Assembly (NCBI GenBank): GCA_023213395.1
Contig: CM041465.1
Span: forward strand, 147,381,741 to 147,445,740
Source: Cycas panzhihuaensis
Taxonomy: Eukaryota > Plantae > Cycadophyta
DNA length: 64,000 nt
Reading direction: 5' to 3'
The position numbers and the translations under genes were made by a program. The notes beneath the pieces were generated by a model, which did no database searches, was not told the DNA's origin, and worked only from the letters and a program-made list of their open reading frames with translations. Positions within the stretch are counted from its first letter, which is position 1, and each line of letters opens with the position of its first letter. Shown here piece after piece: positions 61,016 to 64,000 of the stretch.

Positions 61016-64000
61016 TGTTGGAAATAAAAAGTGCTCTAATACCATGATAAAAAATTACGTAAGTGCTCAACTATGATGTTAAAAATATTATATAAGAATC
61101 TCTAAAACCATGATAAAGAAAGATAAAATATGCACCACTATAAAATGCAACAAAAATGGGAAGAATGATCAGTTTTCAAGGATTGTATTAGACAAGATAC
61201 ATATTTATAGATATAGTCAATCTCATGGAGGTCTAATGACATAGCAGAATCTCTAACATAACCTATGAGAATACATGAAAATGTGAGCTCTAACACACAT
61301 TTTAATAATGGTCACAGATTAAGAATCTTCACAAGTATTTACCTCTTTAAGATATGTATCCACAACATTTGACAAATAACTAAATTAATAATTATAATAA
61401 TCATAGATTGACCATAGATCAGACATTATTCTCCAACACTCCCCCCAAATGTTTAATCTTTGTTTTAGTTATGGTATCATCAAACTAATTGTCTTCTCTC
61501 AATTATTTTGAGTGTGATTCCCTTTGTGCTTTTTCCTCTTCTCTTTAAAGTATAGAGAAAAACCTAACTTCACTTTGTTAGGACTCACAACATTGGGTTT
61601 ACGATCTTACAAAGTGATTAACCTATTTTAAGCATTTATCTGCAATTACCTACAACCCATCTACACTAGCAAAGCACAAGTATCCAAAAACTAACTATTG
61701 CTTACATTGGGTAATTCTGTTGCAACTCCTATTGCCATCCACATAGAATATCCCAACCATGAACTCATTGCATGGTTTCAATTAATAAAACTAAATGCAA
61801 GGTCCAAATGAAGCAATTCACCAGCTATTATAAATGCAAATGCATTTGATATCTGATGTGAGATTTCACCACATGTTGTTCTCATAAAATATGTTCTCCA
61901 AATGGGCATTTATTTATTGGAAATCATAATTTTGCAATGCCAAATGAAAATATGCCTAACAAATTTTAAAAAACAAATCCATAAAAATTATTTTCTTCAC
62001 TTGAATTGATTTTTGACCTTAAAAGTTGATAGATAACTTCATCAATAAGGGTCATGTGACTAGTCATTTCAAAGGCATCAAAACAAGCTTTCCAACTTAT
62101 TTGACGAAATTGAAATCTGATACTATATGTGAAAGTTATAGTAGAAATAGTACTAGTGGGTAGAAAAGAACTAGCATTGAACCAAAAAATTGGCTTTAAC
62201 TCTTTTTGTGTTTAGCATTTGGTTATCTAAAAAATGCATATGATCGAGTGGTAACAGGTTTGGGCAAACTTGAAATCAAATTCAATCGTATTAAATTAAC
62301 ATTGAACTTTAGAAAAGAAAGAAAATGCCTTAAAAACATTTATCTTTTTAGAGTTCTTCAACACACGTGTCTTTGTGTCATGAAATTCATCTAAGTCTTT
62401 GCATATTTGTGTTTGCGACCGATTTGGGTATCTATTTTTGTCCATCACAACTCTTCTACTTCTTCTATTCATGTCGTTTGACATTCTTCATAAGTTTTAA
62501 CACATCTCATGGCCCCTCATAGGTTTATCATTTCACTATTGAATGGTGGTGCCCTTTATTCTTCACAGCATGCAATACATCTCTCCTTGTTATGGTGGCC
62601 CATTGACTACTTTTCACACTACTTGCAACCTCCAAATCTTCAACATCTCTTCTTCAGGTGCCCTTGCTCAGTGTCTCACATTTGATGAACTCCTTCAAAC
62701 CCCAAAAACATTTTTAGTCTTCTTACAACACATCTCAACCTTGCCTTAGGTCAATGATGGATTTGGTGGCTTATCTTTGCTTTTCATATCTTATACAACC
62801 CTTTTGTGGATGGTCAGCAACATATAATATTTGACTCTTAGTCTCCTTGTGGGTTTCTCCTCAATAACGTCGCCTCTTTGTTTCTTTCTGCCCTACTTGG
62901 GCTTCACATCCAACAATATTCATGTTCCAATGTGAGTGAGTTCAAGTTCTTCAAACCCTTTTGGGCTTGTTCTCAACCGTAGATCTCACTTCATGGGTTT
63001 CATTGTGCCTTTAAAATCATTTGGCTCTATAGATGCCTTTTCCTAGGCATGAATTTTTTGAGGTTTCATAGACTTACCAACATTTTTGCACAACTTTCGC
63101 TACTTCAGCTACCATATTCTACCTACAACGTTCAAATTTCTTGGAAGTGCCAACTAAATTTCAATAGCATTCATTCTCAAGAGCATCTCTAAGTCCACTA
63201 TGTGGGCTTCATTTAGCTAGCAATTGCTAACTTCACATCGCCATAAGAAGGTGATAAGGCCTACATCGACAATCTTCTCATACAAACTAGTAGCACTCAC
63301 TTCCCAACTGATGTGGGTACTCCACTTTAAACAATAGGTCATCATGACCTTATTATGCCCATATGAACTTTCTCTACACCACCTGAGAATCAATCCAATT
63401 ATCAGTCTTATATCCCTCCGATCGAAAAAAATAAAATAAAATACTAAAATATAATTGAGTATGTGGACCAAACTTTAAAATCCCTGTGTGCTTAATATAG
63501 GTGCACCACATGCATAAATATAGTCCACTAAATCACTTCCAAAAGCAATCTCACTATAAATTTGAGATCTTGGCTTCATAATTCACGTAATCCTTACCCG
63601 TTTCCCATATTAGGCATAAAATCCATAAATAGGTTTTGTTGAAACACCTTTAAGCAAATACAATTAATGTATCTAAAAGATATTTGGCATGCATGATTTC
63701 TTCGGATATAAGAGGACTCTAGCATGGGAACAATGCCCAAGATCTTCATGGCAACAGATCTCTACTTACCTCTATTTATTGCTCTAAAGGAATCCTTAGC
63801 ATCCAACAATCAAACCATGGTCACCAAAGATCATTCCATCAACTCTAATACCAAATGTTGGGAATAAAGGGTGCTCTGATATTGTAGGAATGAGTGCATA
63901 GGAGTAGGAGACATGTCATAAAGCACATGTGAAAAGTGCACAAGAAATGACAATACGAGAAATGACTCACAACTCTCCAAATCTCATTAAGAGAATATGC
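61016..64000 (-). mobile_element. Degenerate non-autonomous LTR element with a copia-type PPT; 5' LTR runs off the window
   Basis: 3' LTR 61016-61438 (TGTTGGA...TCCAACA), PPT GGGGGGAG 61439-61446 preceded by AAACATTT as in the other copia-type elements, PBS ACTCTAATACCA 63842-63853, LTR-like sequence from 63856. The 2.4-kb interior has no recognisable pol. Confidence 0.7.

Overview
This is AT-rich, largely CpG-depleted eukaryotic (land-plant-type) intergenic DNA made almost entirely of decayed, nested retrotransposons. I see no host gene, RNA gene or CRISPR array. Reconstructed from LTR pairs, tRNA-iMet primer-binding sites (PBS), polypurine tracts (PPT), target-site duplications (TSD) and interrupted protein motifs, the window holds: (i) several minus-strand Ty3/gypsy relics at 1-13 kb, with a 2.4-kb non-coding LTR element among them; (ii) a large gypsy relic (~14.6-38.5 kb) carrying a probably full-length L1 LINE (itself hit by a copia), a 3x ~700-bp tandem triplication of its RT start, and a comparatively young CRM-clade chromovirus (27660-34416, LTRs ~96% identical, TSD ATAAA); (iii) a ~1-kb GC-richer, CpG-retaining, hairpin-rich segment that looks foreign (~39.5-40.5 kb, possibly an organellar insertion); (iv) two head-to-head complementary L1 pieces that may be one 5'-inverted insertion; (v) a four-level nest of L1 ORF1 > gag-only LTR element A > gag-only LTR element B > copia; (vi) a further degenerate LTR element running off the right end. 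Old intact LTR pairs (about 10-20% diverged by eye) and a chromodomain-bearing CRM element suggest a large, slowly purged genome such as a gymnosperm or fern (inference). All identity and GC figures are manual estimates.
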